A DNA stretch of 64,000 bases from a virus, in IMG/VR virus record IMGVR_UViG_3300019850_000189, positions 32,001 through 96,000 of that record; one strand, given 5' to 3'. The translations under genes and the position numbers were made by a program. The first letter of the stretch is position 1; the number at the start of each line of letters is the position of its first letter. Below are positions 1 to 9,174 of this stretch, in pieces. The notes beneath the pieces are model-generated. The model had not been told where the DNA came from. It did no database searches and saw only the letters and a program-made list of their open reading frames with translations.

Positions 1-1
1 T

Positions 2-505
2 CTGCATACTCATAGTAACGGCGATATTCTTGCTGGTGCATTGGCCGATGCTGTCAGCTACATAAATCCCCAGAGAAGATATTATTCATTTTCTCCATTT
101 GGGTTTGGTGGATGGACTATCATTGGTGATGGTACTGCCTCGGTTAATCCTAATACCGCATCAAATGGTGATTATGTCATATCATGCTCCATCATGCCGG
201 ATGATAGTGTTATGAAAGAATTTTCTTTATATATAAACACAACCGGTGTTCATGATTTAACTATAAGTCTAATGCGCACGGATATAGTTAATGGATCAGC
301 TGATACTGTGGCACAAATAACTCATAACAGTTCTACTGCCGGATACGAGAAACTGACCACAAGTGATTTCAGCACAGGGATGGATTTAATAGACAAGGAA
401 GTATATCATTATTGGATTTTATTTCAAGAAGATAGCACATTTGATGTGGATATAAATATTACAGGTGGATTTATTGCTTGTGATGTTGAGAAACCAATAC
501 CATAA
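2..505 (+). CDS. C-terminal part of a probable virion structural protein, 5' end outside the window
   Basis: Frame is open from position 2 (LHTHSNGDILAGALADAV...). Beta-rich composition; lies at the head of the structural module. Confidence 0.55.
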   Translation: MHTHSNGDILAGALADAVSYINPQRRYYSFSPFGFGGWTIIGDGTASVNPNTASNGDYVISCSIMPDDSVMKEFSLYINTTGVHDLTISLMRTDIVNGSADTVAQITHNSSTAGYEKLTTSDFSTGMDLIDKEVYHYWILFQEDSTFDVDINITGGFIACDVEKPIP

Positions 506-562
506 TATTTGTTTCCATATTTGCAAAGCTTTCACAAAGATAATAACAGATAGGGGGGTATT

Positions 563-742
563 ATGCCCGTACAAAGCCATGGTGCTGAACAAATGATGCA
601 ATACCAAAAGTTGGTTGATAAGATATTAAAGAACGAAACGGCCGATGAAGCTAATAAAGTCCGCATAGCAAAAAAGAATAAAATAAAAATAGGAGCTCCG
701 GAACTTCCGCGAGCCGGAACCAGAGAGCCTAGGACTAAATAG
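563..742 (+). CDS. Small hypothetical protein (59 aa, below ORF-track cutoff)
   Basis: ATG at 563 after GGGGGT SD-like run; MPVQSHGAEQMMQYQKLVDKILK...; TAG at 740-742 overlaps the SD of the next gene. Confidence 0.55.
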   Translation: MPVQSHGAEQMMQYQKLVDKILKNETADEANKVRIAKKNKIKIGAPELPRAGTREPRTK

Positions 743-751
743 GAGAATCAA

Positions 752-1057
752 ATGAACGTCAATTATTATGATGAAATTAATAAAAAATTGTCACATAATG
801 ACTTTGAGTCATATACGACATCTGAGAGTTTAAAGCAAAAAAATAAAGATACAGTGGAGCTCGTTAAAGAGGCCTTTATTGAAGAGCTCAAAAAGCGAAA
901 TTTAAGCTACAATAAGGAAGTAGTTGATATCTATCCAACTTGTATAAAAGTTGAGAAAGAAACTCTTGAATACCCTTATTATAGAGAAGCGGTTGATACG
1001 ACCAGAACCAGAATCAAAAAAGATTATGGTATTGATTTAGGACTTTATTCATTCTAA
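752..1057 (+). CDS. Hypothetical protein
   Basis: AGGAG SD upstream; co-oriented operon. Confidence 0.65.
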   Translation: MNVNYYDEINKKLSHNDFESYTTSESLKQKNKDTVELVKEAFIEELKKRNLSYNKEVVDIYPTCIKVEKETLEYPYYREAVDTTRTRIKKDYGIDLGLYSF

Positions 1058-1068
1058 GGAAAAAATGT

Positions 1069-1959
1069 ATGCTATCAGAACAAGGAAAAGGAGAAGGCGC
1101 CATTGGAAAAATACCATTTGTGCGCACGTTAGCTGGAGCCGGAAAAATTGCAGGTCAAACACTTGGTCTGCCACTTGCAGGGTTTGTTTCAGCGAGCAAT
1201 GAAAAAGGAGAAAAAAGTCTATTTAAGCAACTTGGAGCTCAGAGCGGCAAATTATTTAGGACTGGCGCAAAGGCTGTGAAAGTTGCTTATGCTTATGCGG
1301 TAGCTCCAAAGCATGTTAGAAATGCCATTAAAAAATTGTGGAGGGCATGGCCCAATTTAAAAATAAGATTGATGAATATATGGGTATTGATATATCCCGA
1401 TATGCATAATCCAAATACATATAGTGTAGTTTATTACGCTCCGGATGGTTCAAAGCTTGTCCAGACTTCAGTTAGCAAAGAAGAGGCCGAAGAAATGAAA
1501 GTCCAACCGGAAACCGCGGGAGCCAAGGCTATAAGAAAGATAGAAGGCGGAAACAAAGCTAAAAAAAAGATAGTAGGCAACAAAGCTAAAAAAAAGATAG
1601 TAGGCAACAAGGCTATAAAAAAGATAGAAGGCGGTAACAAAGCTAAAACAGAAGCAGAAGATATTAAAATCGAAATTCGTTCAATGGGTATGGAATATGA
1701 TCAATTAGATATGATAGAAGAAGAAATAATGAATGAAGCCCTTGGTCTTCCTCCAGCAGCAGCACTTCTGGCTCGATGGAAATATGGTAAGTCAGCTACA
1801 TTGGTAAGATATAGAATTTGGATCCTACAATTTTTTGATAGTGCCCGTAATAAAACTTTTATAAGTATTTATGATGCGTTGCCACAGAAGCTGGAACCGG
1901 GTGAAGAACTTAATCCAATTCACAAATTCGCATATCAGGGCAAGCAGGAAATGATTTAA
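1069..1959 (+). CDS. Hypothetical protein with Lys-rich tandem repeats
   Basis: 296-aa ORF with GNKA(K/I)KKI(V/E) repeats; stop overlaps the next start. Confidence 0.65.
   Translation: MLSEQGKGEGAIGKIPFVRTLAGAGKIAGQTLGLPLAGFVSASNEKGEKSLFKQLGAQSGKLFRTGAKAVKVAYAYAVAPKHVRNAIKKLWRAWPNLKIRLMNIWVLIYPDMHNPNTYSVVYYAPDGSKLVQTSVSKEEAEEMKVQPETAGAKAIRKIEGGNKAKKKIVGNKAKKKIVGNKAIKKIEGGNKAKTEAEDIKIEIRSMGMEYDQLDMIEEEIMNEALGLPPAAALLARWKYGKSATLVRYRIWILQFFDSARNKTFISIYDALPQKLEPGEELNPIHKFAYQGKQEMI
1524..1648 (+). repeat. Coding tandem repeat, 27-30 nt units (GNKAKKKIV / GNKAIKKIEG)
   Basis: About four copies of caacaaagctaaaaaaaagatagtagg-like units. Confidence 0.8.
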
Positions 1960-2168
1960 TGAAATTATACAAGGTTTTGAACGAATTAATTGGAGCACCA
2001 ATTGGATTTTATTCCCTCCCATATAGACAACTATCTGGAAGTGAGGGTTATTATGGAAGCGTGAATGCGCCATTTATGCCTCCGCATACAACAGCTAATT
2101 TGGCATATAAAGCAGCTAAATACAAAAAGAAAAATAAAAAGAAAACGGAAAGAAAAAATGAAACTTGA
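1959..2168 (+). CDS. Small basic protein with Lys-rich C-terminus
   Basis: MKLYKVLNE leader; ends KYKKKNKKKTERKNET; translationally coupled. Confidence 0.65.
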   Translation: MKLYKVLNELIGAPIGFYSLPYRQLSGSEGYYGSVNAPFMPPHTTANLAYKAAKYKKKNKKKTERKNET

Positions 2169-2328
2169 ACAAGTAATAAAAGAATCAGATTGTAGTACTG
2201 GTTCTACAGATGTTAAAGGAATCCCACAAAGGATGATGCCAATAGTTCGTAGAAAACTTCCCGTCAAGCCCACTAATATAGTTGTTTATGCGAAGAAGAA
2301 AAAGAAGAAAAAAAAGAGAACAATTTAA
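2158..2328 (+). CDS. Small basic protein with poly-Lys tail
   Basis: Preferred start ATG 2158 (MKLEQVIKE); ends KKKKKKKKRTI. Confidence 0.6.
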   Translation: MKLEQVIKESDCSTGSTDVKGIPQRMMPIVRRKLPVKPTNIVVYAKKKKKKKKRTI

Positions 2329-2351
2329 GTGCCAGAATGCTGGAGAAATAA

Positions 2352-2681
2352 ATGAATTTAAAAAAAATTATATCAGAAGTTGATTTTACAGATCCATTTG
2401 CCGGAAATATAGATCGAAACAAAAAAATGGATAGAGAGGGCCTAATTAGAGCAATTAGAATGGATATCGCCGCCGAACACGATGCGGTCGCTCTATATAC
2501 GGCACACGCTCTCGCGACAGATAATGAAACAGCTAAATTAATTTTGTTGGATATAGCAAATGAAGAGCGTGTTCATGCTGGTGAGTTTATGAAGCTTCTG
2601 GATATTTTGACGGATGGCCAAGAGAGCGAACTGCTTTCAAAGGGAGAGCAGGAAGTAAGAAATAAAACTACTGAGGAATAA
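2352..2681 (+). CDS. Ferritin-like protein (encapsulated-ferritin / rubrerythrin-like family)
   Basis: LIRAIRMDIAAEHDAVALY and LLDIANEERVHAGEF carry the di-iron ligand pattern (E...Y; EExxH) of short ferritin-like proteins. Confidence 0.85.
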   Translation: MNLKKIISEVDFTDPFAGNIDRNKKMDREGLIRAIRMDIAAEHDAVALYTAHALATDNETAKLILLDIANEERVHAGEFMKLLDILTDGQESELLSKGEQEVRNKTTEE

Positions 2682-2682
2682 C

Positions 2683-3090
2683 ATGGAATTATTACGTCTT
2701 TTATCACAGTTAGAAGAACAAATTGCTGGCACGAGTGCGATGGGCGGCCCAGCCAAGAAAACAGAGTTCATGCCTCTGACCAACATTTCAGATTCTATTA
2801 AAAGGCACAAAAAGAAAAAGAAGAAGATATCACATTATATATCACTAAAGCAATCTGATGTTGTGTTGGGCGACGCAGAACGTAAAAACGAAGGCATATC
2901 AGTCGGCCGAGATAAATTCGCTAATGTCAGAAGTAAAGGCAATGAGGAATACACACCCGGAACAAAATCTAAAGCGAAAAATAAACCAAATGAAATAAGT
3001 GGTAGAGAAAGAAAAAAAACAAAAAGAACTAAACTCAATTATTCTGATTTTGATTTCGGAACAGTTGGAATGTTTAACAAATATGTTTAA
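2683..3090 (+). CDS. Basic, Lys-rich hypothetical protein
   Basis: Coupled ORF; HKKKKKK tract; MELLRLLSQLEE leader. Confidence 0.65.
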   Translation: MELLRLLSQLEEQIAGTSAMGGPAKKTEFMPLTNISDSIKRHKKKKKKISHYISLKQSDVVLGDAERKNEGISVGRDKFANVRSKGNEEYTPGTKSKAKNKPNEISGRERKKTKRTKLNYSDFDFGTVGMFNKYV

Positions 3091-3099
3091 GAGAGATAT

Positions 3100-4176
3100 A
3101 TGGCAAATCCATATAATAGACCAGACGATGAGCTCCTTGATAGTTTTCATCGTGAGAACCCAGATTTTGATTTAATGAATGCCGTCAATGATGAATTGCA
3201 TAATATATCTGCGGCGCCATGTCGGGTTTATAAGTTGGATGTATCACAGAGTAAAGAAGATCCAGATAATATATATCCAGAGTTGATATATAGGACCTAT
3301 CTGCCTCCTATTGTGGTTAAAATGTATTATGTTGAGCCAACATGGACAGAGGAGTTAAATCGGCTGGGCATTAATATGCCAGAGGAAATAGTGCTTTCTA
3401 CTAACCTGCAAAGATTGATTGAAAGTATGAGATACGCAAAAACAGTCTCTTCAAAGGCAAGTGCTTCAATCAATATCAGTTATACATTTAATGAACAATC
3501 AGGTTATCCTTTCTCCACTTATGAGGATCCGGCAAATGAATTGACTGCTGTAAATATTTATCATGATGGTAATGGCAGACTTTATTCTAAACTGGTTTTT
3601 TCAGATGGCAATGAAATATGTGATCCAAATTTCGAACTGAATTATGAGGATAAGTGTGGTATTATAGATCTGGCCCATCCTGCGGTATCGACGGTAGAAA
3701 AGCTGGTGGATTTTGTAGACGGCCTCCCAAATTATTCAGCAGATCTCGAATCCGGCTCATTGGATATTCTATCTTCTAAGATGATTCCTTTCGCAAATTG
3801 GATAAATATAAAAGATTACATATACCAGGTGCCGGTAGACCGAACAGGTGGCGTCTATGATAATGTAGCTGATGTTCTGGAGCCTGGAGACATAATTGAA
3901 ACTGTAAGAAGACACGAAGCCACACGGCAAGGGACCGAACCCATTCACGGGTTGGATGGATCACCCACTTTGGACCCGGTTACTTTAGCACCTGTAAGAG
4001 GTAAAATATACGAAGTAAGATATTCTTTCGTAAGCAATGAAACACCCAGCTGGCATTATATTAATTTTAATATCACGGCAGACAAAATACCAATGGATAG
4101 CTATGATCAGGTCTTGAAGGGCTTGCCGGCAGATGAGGTTTGGACTCCTGGGCCAGGTGGTAGATGGTATGCTTAA
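3100..4176 (+). CDS. Neck / head-completion protein, T4 gp14-like, with inserted domain
   Basis: N-part (DNIYPE...LNRLGINMPEEIVLS) and C-part (LEPGDIIE...KIYEV) resemble gp14; located upstream of gp15-like and sheath genes. Confidence 0.65.
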   Translation: MANPYNRPDDELLDSFHRENPDFDLMNAVNDELHNISAAPCRVYKLDVSQSKEDPDNIYPELIYRTYLPPIVVKMYYVEPTWTEELNRLGINMPEEIVLSTNLQRLIESMRYAKTVSSKASASINISYTFNEQSGYPFSTYEDPANELTAVNIYHDGNGRLYSKLVFSDGNEICDPNFELNYEDKCGIIDLAHPAVSTVEKLVDFVDGLPNYSADLESGSLDILSSKMIPFANWINIKDYIYQVPVDRTGGVYDNVADVLEPGDIIETVRRHEATRQGTEPIHGLDGSPTLDPVTLAPVRGKIYEVRYSFVSNETPSWHYINFNITADKIPMDSYDQVLKGLPADEVWTPGPGGRWYA

Positions 4177-4393
4177 CAAATATGAGATATACATGCGTGA
4201 TTATGGGCCTGGCGCAACAGGGCATGTTTATGAGATAAATATATATAGGGCGAAACCCAAAAAGCTTTTGTTTTCATATCGTTCGCGGTTCGCGCCTCAT
4301 CACTCAGAAAAAAGAACGCGCTCGATTACACGCATGGTATATAGAATTATAGATTTAAGAATAAAAAGGCATATTTTGAATCACTTATTGTAA
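4169..4393 (+). CDS. Hypothetical protein
   Basis: ATG 4169 overlaps the stop of the previous gene. Confidence 0.5.
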   Translation: MLNKYEIYMRDYGPGATGHVYEINIYRAKPKKLLFSYRSRFAPHHSEKRTRSITRMVYRIIDLRIKRHILNHLL

Positions 4394-4405
4394 TAGGAGT
4401 TTGAT

Positions 4406-4699
4406 ATGGCTAGTTTGAGAGAGTTATTGAACGATATTTTAGTTGAAGGTTGGGCAGGAGCTCGTGGCGTTCCTGATGGATCAGGTCCGGGGCCCGGTAT
4501 GACAGCTAAAGGCCGGCAACAGGGTATGGCAAATGGAATCAATAAAGATGCCGTCCACTCAGCGGCCGCCAGGGCAGCAAAAACAATTTTTGGCAAGGTT
4601 AATGAAAAAGAACTCAAGAAGACTGTAGCTGCTGCTATTAAGAAAGCCAAAGACACAAAACAGGCTATTCAAATAGCTACCGACATGATGAGGGGTTAA
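4406..4699 (+). CDS. Hypothetical protein
   Basis: AGGAG SD; MASLRELLNDILVE leader; Gly-rich core. Confidence 0.7.
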   Translation: MASLRELLNDILVEGWAGARGVPDGSGPGPGMTAKGRQQGMANGINKDAVHSAAARAAKTIFGKVNEKELKKTVAAAIKKAKDTKQAIQIATDMMRG

Positions 4700-4700
4700 G

Positions 4701-5000
4701 ATGAAACTTTTGGAATTATTAAAACAAGAATTACACACGCCTACAATTCCAATAGTAGATCTGAAAAATCTCAACAATAATATCGATGATTATCTTAAAT
4801 ACGCAGATGATCTTTCGGATAAGCAGCGGGAAACTTTTATTCGCACCATGGTTAGAACAATGCAGTCTATTTCCAGAAAACTTTCGGCCAATAATAAGTA
4901 TGAGGGCTTCGTAAGGAGAATGTTTGATAAAGATAATTTAGACGATAATTTGAAGAAATTAAAATCATATAATAATAAGCTCATAAAGGAAAAACAATAA
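4701..5000 (+). CDS. Hypothetical protein
   Basis: Coupled ORF; MKLLELLKQE leader. Confidence 0.65.
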   Translation: MKLLELLKQELHTPTIPIVDLKNLNNNIDDYLKYADDLSDKQRETFIRTMVRTMQSISRKLSANNKYEGFVRRMFDKDNLDDNLKKLKSYNNKLIKEKQ

Positions 5001-5019
5001 ATACAATGAGAGGGTAGGC

Positions 5020-5340
5020 ATGAGAACCATTAAACAGAGGCTCATAGAACAAGATCTTAAGCAGGGGAAAACTATCATCAATAAAGGCAATAATGATAAG
5101 TATGTAGAAGCAATATTTTACGTCTCTCAAAAAGGCGGAAGTGGTTACGATAAAAAGGCCTTAATCAGTCAAGAGAGTGCCTTAGCTAAAGAATATAAAT
5201 TTAGAATAGATAAAGACAAGCTTGGTAATGTTATTGATCATATCCGTAGTCTGCCTGGAGTTACCATGCAAACTAAGAATCAATCAGAAATGGGGCAAGG
5301 CACAGGAAAAGAAACACATAGTTTTCCGGAAATTAAATAA
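5020..5340 (+). CDS. Hypothetical protein
   Basis: GAGGG SD; MRTIKQRLIE leader. Confidence 0.65.
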   Translation: MRTIKQRLIEQDLKQGKTIINKGNNDKYVEAIFYVSQKGGSGYDKKALISQESALAKEYKFRIDKDKLGNVIDHIRSLPGVTMQTKNQSEMGQGTGKETHSFPEIK

Positions 5341-5630
5341 TGGCAAAGTCAGAATTAAAGTTCAATGAATTAATTAAAAAGGTTGAGAATGATATAGAGC
5401 AGATCAAAGCTGCAATTGTCCAAAGAGCCTCTGACGAAATTAAATCAACGTTTCAGGAAAGCAATGTTAATATCGAGCCGGCACCTTCTGGAGCTAACAT
5501 ATCAGTCAATAATGAAGATCATGAGTTTTTAAAAAAAGAATTCGGAGCGGATAAATACAAGCCGGCCAATAAGTCGATCAGGATCAAAAGAGGAATAGGA
5601 AAGAAAATAAAGAGGTGGATGGGGCAATAA
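5340..5630 (+). CDS. Hypothetical protein
   Basis: TAATG stop/start coupling. Confidence 0.65.
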   Translation: MAKSELKFNELIKKVENDIEQIKAAIVQRASDEIKSTFQESNVNIEPAPSGANISVNNEDHEFLKKEFGADKYKPANKSIRIKRGIGKKIKRWMGQ

Positions 5631-5631
5631 A

Positions 5632-6738
5632 TTGTCAGTGCCAACATATTTTTTATTTAAGAGATACAGTGTTGAGGTAAAGAGGTGGTTACAATCCATT
5701 TTTCACATTCCAAGATTGGACAGTACCAACGCAAGTGTAAAAGTTGTTTATGCCACCCCAGAAAGGGCCATAGCGAAGTATGTAGTTCCTATCCGAAATC
5801 AAATGACAGACATTCCGGTAGTCGGTTTATACCTGGCTAATATGTCTTATCAACTTGAAAAAAATACCGCTATTGAAAACTATGAGGTAATTAAAGACAA
5901 AGATAATAACATAGCAAAACGCATGAAACCGTTCCAAGTTTATAGTTTAACGTATGTAATTAATATTTGGACAAAGCTTCAAATGGATATGGATGTCATG
6001 CTTTATTCTCTATTGAGCCAGCTGACTCCATTCCGATACCTGGCCGTAGACTCAAATATCGACTACAAGGAATATGATAATTTGGATAGATTTTATCCAA
6101 TGGAGAATGGCCCGCAACAGGGCAAAAATATAGATGCGAACACGAATGAGTTTGAGAAAAAACATGGTCAATGGTTCCCATTGACTTTGGATTCAGTAAA
6201 TGATGCCTCTAACCTCGAACCCGGTGAAGCAGGTGAAAGGGTAATTAGAACAGACATCAATTTGCTCTGTGATAGAGCTTATTTACCAATTGGCGGATTC
6301 GAATATAAATCAATTCGGGAATTGGAAATAAATAGTGTTTTAGATTGGAATACTGAGGAAGGCATCAGTATATATGCTCTTTCAGATGCTGATTATAATT
6401 ATTTAATGGCTCATGATGAGAACTGGCATTCTCCTGTTCCGACATATGGAGACTTGCCGATGACAGGCAATAGCATCGGCGATATACGTAGAGTAATTTC
6501 TGAGAATGGCTTATACGATGATGGTGAACCCTATGTTTGGGGAGTAGAAGATATATCATTCTATAAACCAGCGGTTGATACCCTGGGAGATCTACCACTG
6601 ACTGGCAGTATAGACGGCGATATTAGATATGTTAATAATAAATCAGAACACTATCGATGGAATGGATTTACAAGCAAATGGCAATTATATAATAGATGGA
6701 TCAAATATAGAATCTATTTGAGAGATATCGTAACATAG
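5632..6738 (+). CDS. Tail terminator / sheath-stabiliser, T4 gp15-like, with C-terminal repeat extension
   Basis: VVYATPERA, IPVVGL and YSLTYVINIWTKLQMDMDVMLYSLL motifs; lies just upstream of the sheath. Confidence 0.7.
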   Translation: MSVPTYFLFKRYSVEVKRWLQSIFHIPRLDSTNASVKVVYATPERAIAKYVVPIRNQMTDIPVVGLYLANMSYQLEKNTAIENYEVIKDKDNNIAKRMKPFQVYSLTYVINIWTKLQMDMDVMLYSLLSQLTPFRYLAVDSNIDYKEYDNLDRFYPMENGPQQGKNIDANTNEFEKKHGQWFPLTLDSVNDASNLEPGEAGERVIRTDINLLCDRAYLPIGGFEYKSIRELEINSVLDWNTEEGISIYALSDADYNYLMAHDENWHSPVPTYGDLPMTGNSIGDIRRVISENGLYDDGEPYVWGVEDISFYKPAVDTLGDLPLTGSIDGDIRYVNNKSEHYRWNGFTSKWQLYNRWIKYRIYLRDIVT

Positions 6739-6748
6739 GAGCCACAAT

Positions 6749-6934
6749 ATGATTTTCAAGATTAAAAATAAAACTTATCAGCCTTTGATGCTAATCATTG
6801 AAGATAAATATGTAACACTTCCAGCGAGGAAGACGATTAAAGTACACCATATCACAAAACAAATGAGAAATTTGGAAATTAAAGGATTTTTACAAATTAT
6901 AAGAATTCAAGAGGAAATAGACCAATTTCTCTAA
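6749..6934 (+). CDS. Small hypothetical protein preceding the sheath
   Basis: AGGAG SD; 61 aa. Confidence 0.6.
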   Translation: MIFKIKNKTYQPLMLIIEDKYVTLPARKTIKVHHITKQMRNLEIKGFLQIIRIQEEIDQFL

Positions 6935-6956
6935 TCGAAGTAAGGGAGGAATATAA

Positions 6957-9074
6957 ATGGCTAACAATTTTTTGATGAGCCCTGGTGTTCTTGTTCAAGA
7001 ACGGGATCAAAGCTCTTACACGGTAACGTCCGCAGCCACACAAGTCGCCATGGTTGGATATGCCTCGAAGGGCCCAGTTGACACGCCAATGCTGGTCACA
7101 AGCGCGCAAGACTTTATTAATAAATTTGGCGCGCCGCCATCCAATAATCCATATATGGGTTTAGCTGCCCTCAAATTTTTCGAGGAAGGCAGTAGACTTA
7201 TTATTAGCAGAGCTGGTTATAATACCAGAGATGTTAGAGGCCTACCCGGCTGGCAATCATCAGGAGAGGTAACATCTAATACTGGCTGGATGGGTAAATT
7301 AACAAAAGCGACCTCTGAAATAGATAGAGCATTACAAACGGCGGCTGTACCATCTATAACAGGCACCAAGGATTTTCAATACGGTCTTACATACCTAACA
7401 GATGTTGACTTCACCCTTAGATACTATAATGATAGAACAGGTGAAAGTAAGACATTTAACGTGAGCGGAGATTTACTTGCTGATCCAGGCCGGACATCAG
7501 TCGCATTATTGGCAAGTGATCTCAATACGTTAATTGGTACGATAACCGGAGCAAGCACTTATTTTGAGTTTTCACAGAGTGGTGCAAATTATTTAATTTT
7601 AAGAATGCCATCCGGTGAGAATGAATATCTTGACAATAAAGCATCAATAAGCATCTCAGGAACTGGCGGCAGCACAACCATCAGCCAACTAGGTTTCTTG
7701 CAGGACAATCGTTCTGCTCATGGTGTAGGCGATGGAACTGGTGCTGATATACCTGCCAGTGGCATAACTGTAACAGCGAAAACAGAAGGTTCTTGGGGAA
7801 ATGATATTACATTAAGATTTTATAGTGAAACCACTTCGCAATTCGATTCAAGTTCAGGAACATTCTTGACTCAAACAATTTATAAAGCTCAGGTTTACTA
7901 TAAGGGCGGCTTGATTGAAACTTTTGATCAGATAGATTGGGAAGATGATTCTTCTGATTATTGGGTTGAGGACTTATTCCCAACAGCTCTTGGAGAGGGC
8001 TCTAATTATATTTCGATAGAGTTTAATACTACGGCTAATCCAAGCTCACCATACACGCCTCCAGAAGATATATCTGCAGATAGTGATGATTTCATCCAAC
8101 TAGGAACGGATGGAGCGGAGGCTACTCAAGGTGCTAATGGTATTCCGATTGTTGATGACACATATGGTTTTAACGCAGAACAGACAGATGCGCTTAATAA
8201 TACAGCTCTTACAGAACTGGATAGAGGTATTAACACTCTAGCGAATTCAGAAACTTGGGAATTTGATGTTGTATTAGTCCCAGGACAATCTTCTTCTGTA
8301 GTAATTAATTCCATTTTCAATCTTGTAATGACCAGAAGAGATTGTATGGCTATTATAGACTCTCCATTTGGTCTTACTTATGAAGATGTGGCTGAATGGC
8401 ACAATGGTCAGGGCCATGGAAATTCAGCAGCATTTAATACTTCATACGCAGCGTTATATTGGCCATGGTTATACGACTATGATGCATATAACAGACAGTA
8501 TGTATGGCTTCCTCCTTCAGGATATGTTGCGAAGCAATATGTCTATACTGATAATGTTTCCGATCCATGGCAGGCTCCAGCTGGCATGACCAGAGGTAAA
8601 ATTACTGCTTTGGATTTAGAACAGTCAGCTTCACAAAGCCAGAGGGATCTACTGTATGGCGAAACAAATGCTGTTAATCCGATTGTCAACTTTGTCGGTG
8701 AAGGTCTCACTATATGGGGTCAAAAGACTTTATTGAGAGACACCAAAGCAACAAATAGAGTTAATGTCAGAAGGCTTTTGATTTATGCTGAAAGATTAGT
8801 CGCTAAGATGGCCAAGTCCTTTGTATTCGAACCAACAGATGAAACAGCGTGGGCTGATTTTACAAGACGGGCAAATGCTATTATGGAGCCAATAAGAATA
8901 AGAAGAGGATTGTATTCTTACAAGGTTGTTATGGATTCAACAACTAATATTCCAGAAGTAATAGATCAAAATAAAATGGTTGGATACATCTTTTTACAGC
9001 CTACAAAAACTGCTGAATTTATTGAGGTGTATTTTACTGTTACATCAACGGGTGATACATTTATTAGTGAATAA
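6957..9074 (+). CDS. Tail sheath protein (gp18-like)
   Basis: SPGVLVQERD N-terminus, GYASKGP, YAALYWPW, LPPSG, WQAPAG, IWGQKTL and RVNVRRLLI sheath motifs. Confidence 0.95.
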   Translation: MANNFLMSPGVLVQERDQSSYTVTSAATQVAMVGYASKGPVDTPMLVTSAQDFINKFGAPPSNNPYMGLAALKFFEEGSRLIISRAGYNTRDVRGLPGWQSSGEVTSNTGWMGKLTKATSEIDRALQTAAVPSITGTKDFQYGLTYLTDVDFTLRYYNDRTGESKTFNVSGDLLADPGRTSVALLASDLNTLIGTITGASTYFEFSQSGANYLILRMPSGENEYLDNKASISISGTGGSTTISQLGFLQDNRSAHGVGDGTGADIPASGITVTAKTEGSWGNDITLRFYSETTSQFDSSSGTFLTQTIYKAQVYYKGGLIETFDQIDWEDDSSDYWVEDLFPTALGEGSNYISIEFNTTANPSSPYTPPEDISADSDDFIQLGTDGAEATQGANGIPIVDDTYGFNAEQTDALNNTALTELDRGINTLANSETWEFDVVLVPGQSSSVVINSIFNLVMTRRDCMAIIDSPFGLTYEDVAEWHNGQGHGNSAAFNTSYAALYWPWLYDYDAYNRQYVWLPPSGYVAKQYVYTDNVSDPWQAPAGMTRGKITALDLEQSASQSQRDLLYGETNAVNPIVNFVGEGLTIWGQKTLLRDTKATNRVNVRRLLIYAERLVAKMAKSFVFEPTDETAWADFTRRANAIMEPIRIRRGLYSYKVVMDSTTNIPEVIDQNKMVGYIFLQPTKTAEFIEVYFTVTSTGDTFISE

Positions 9075-9082
9075 TAATTATT

Positions 9083-9108
9083 ACCAGCAGGGGAATTCTC
9101 CTGCTGGT
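9083..9108. terminator. Hairpin between convergent sheath and endonuclease genes
   Basis: accagcagg / cctgctggt inverted repeat. Confidence 0.6.
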
Positions 9109-9174
9109 TCTCATTCAAAATAAATAATGTATTCTTTATTTTTCGATTTGAAGGATTTATTAACTATTTCATAT

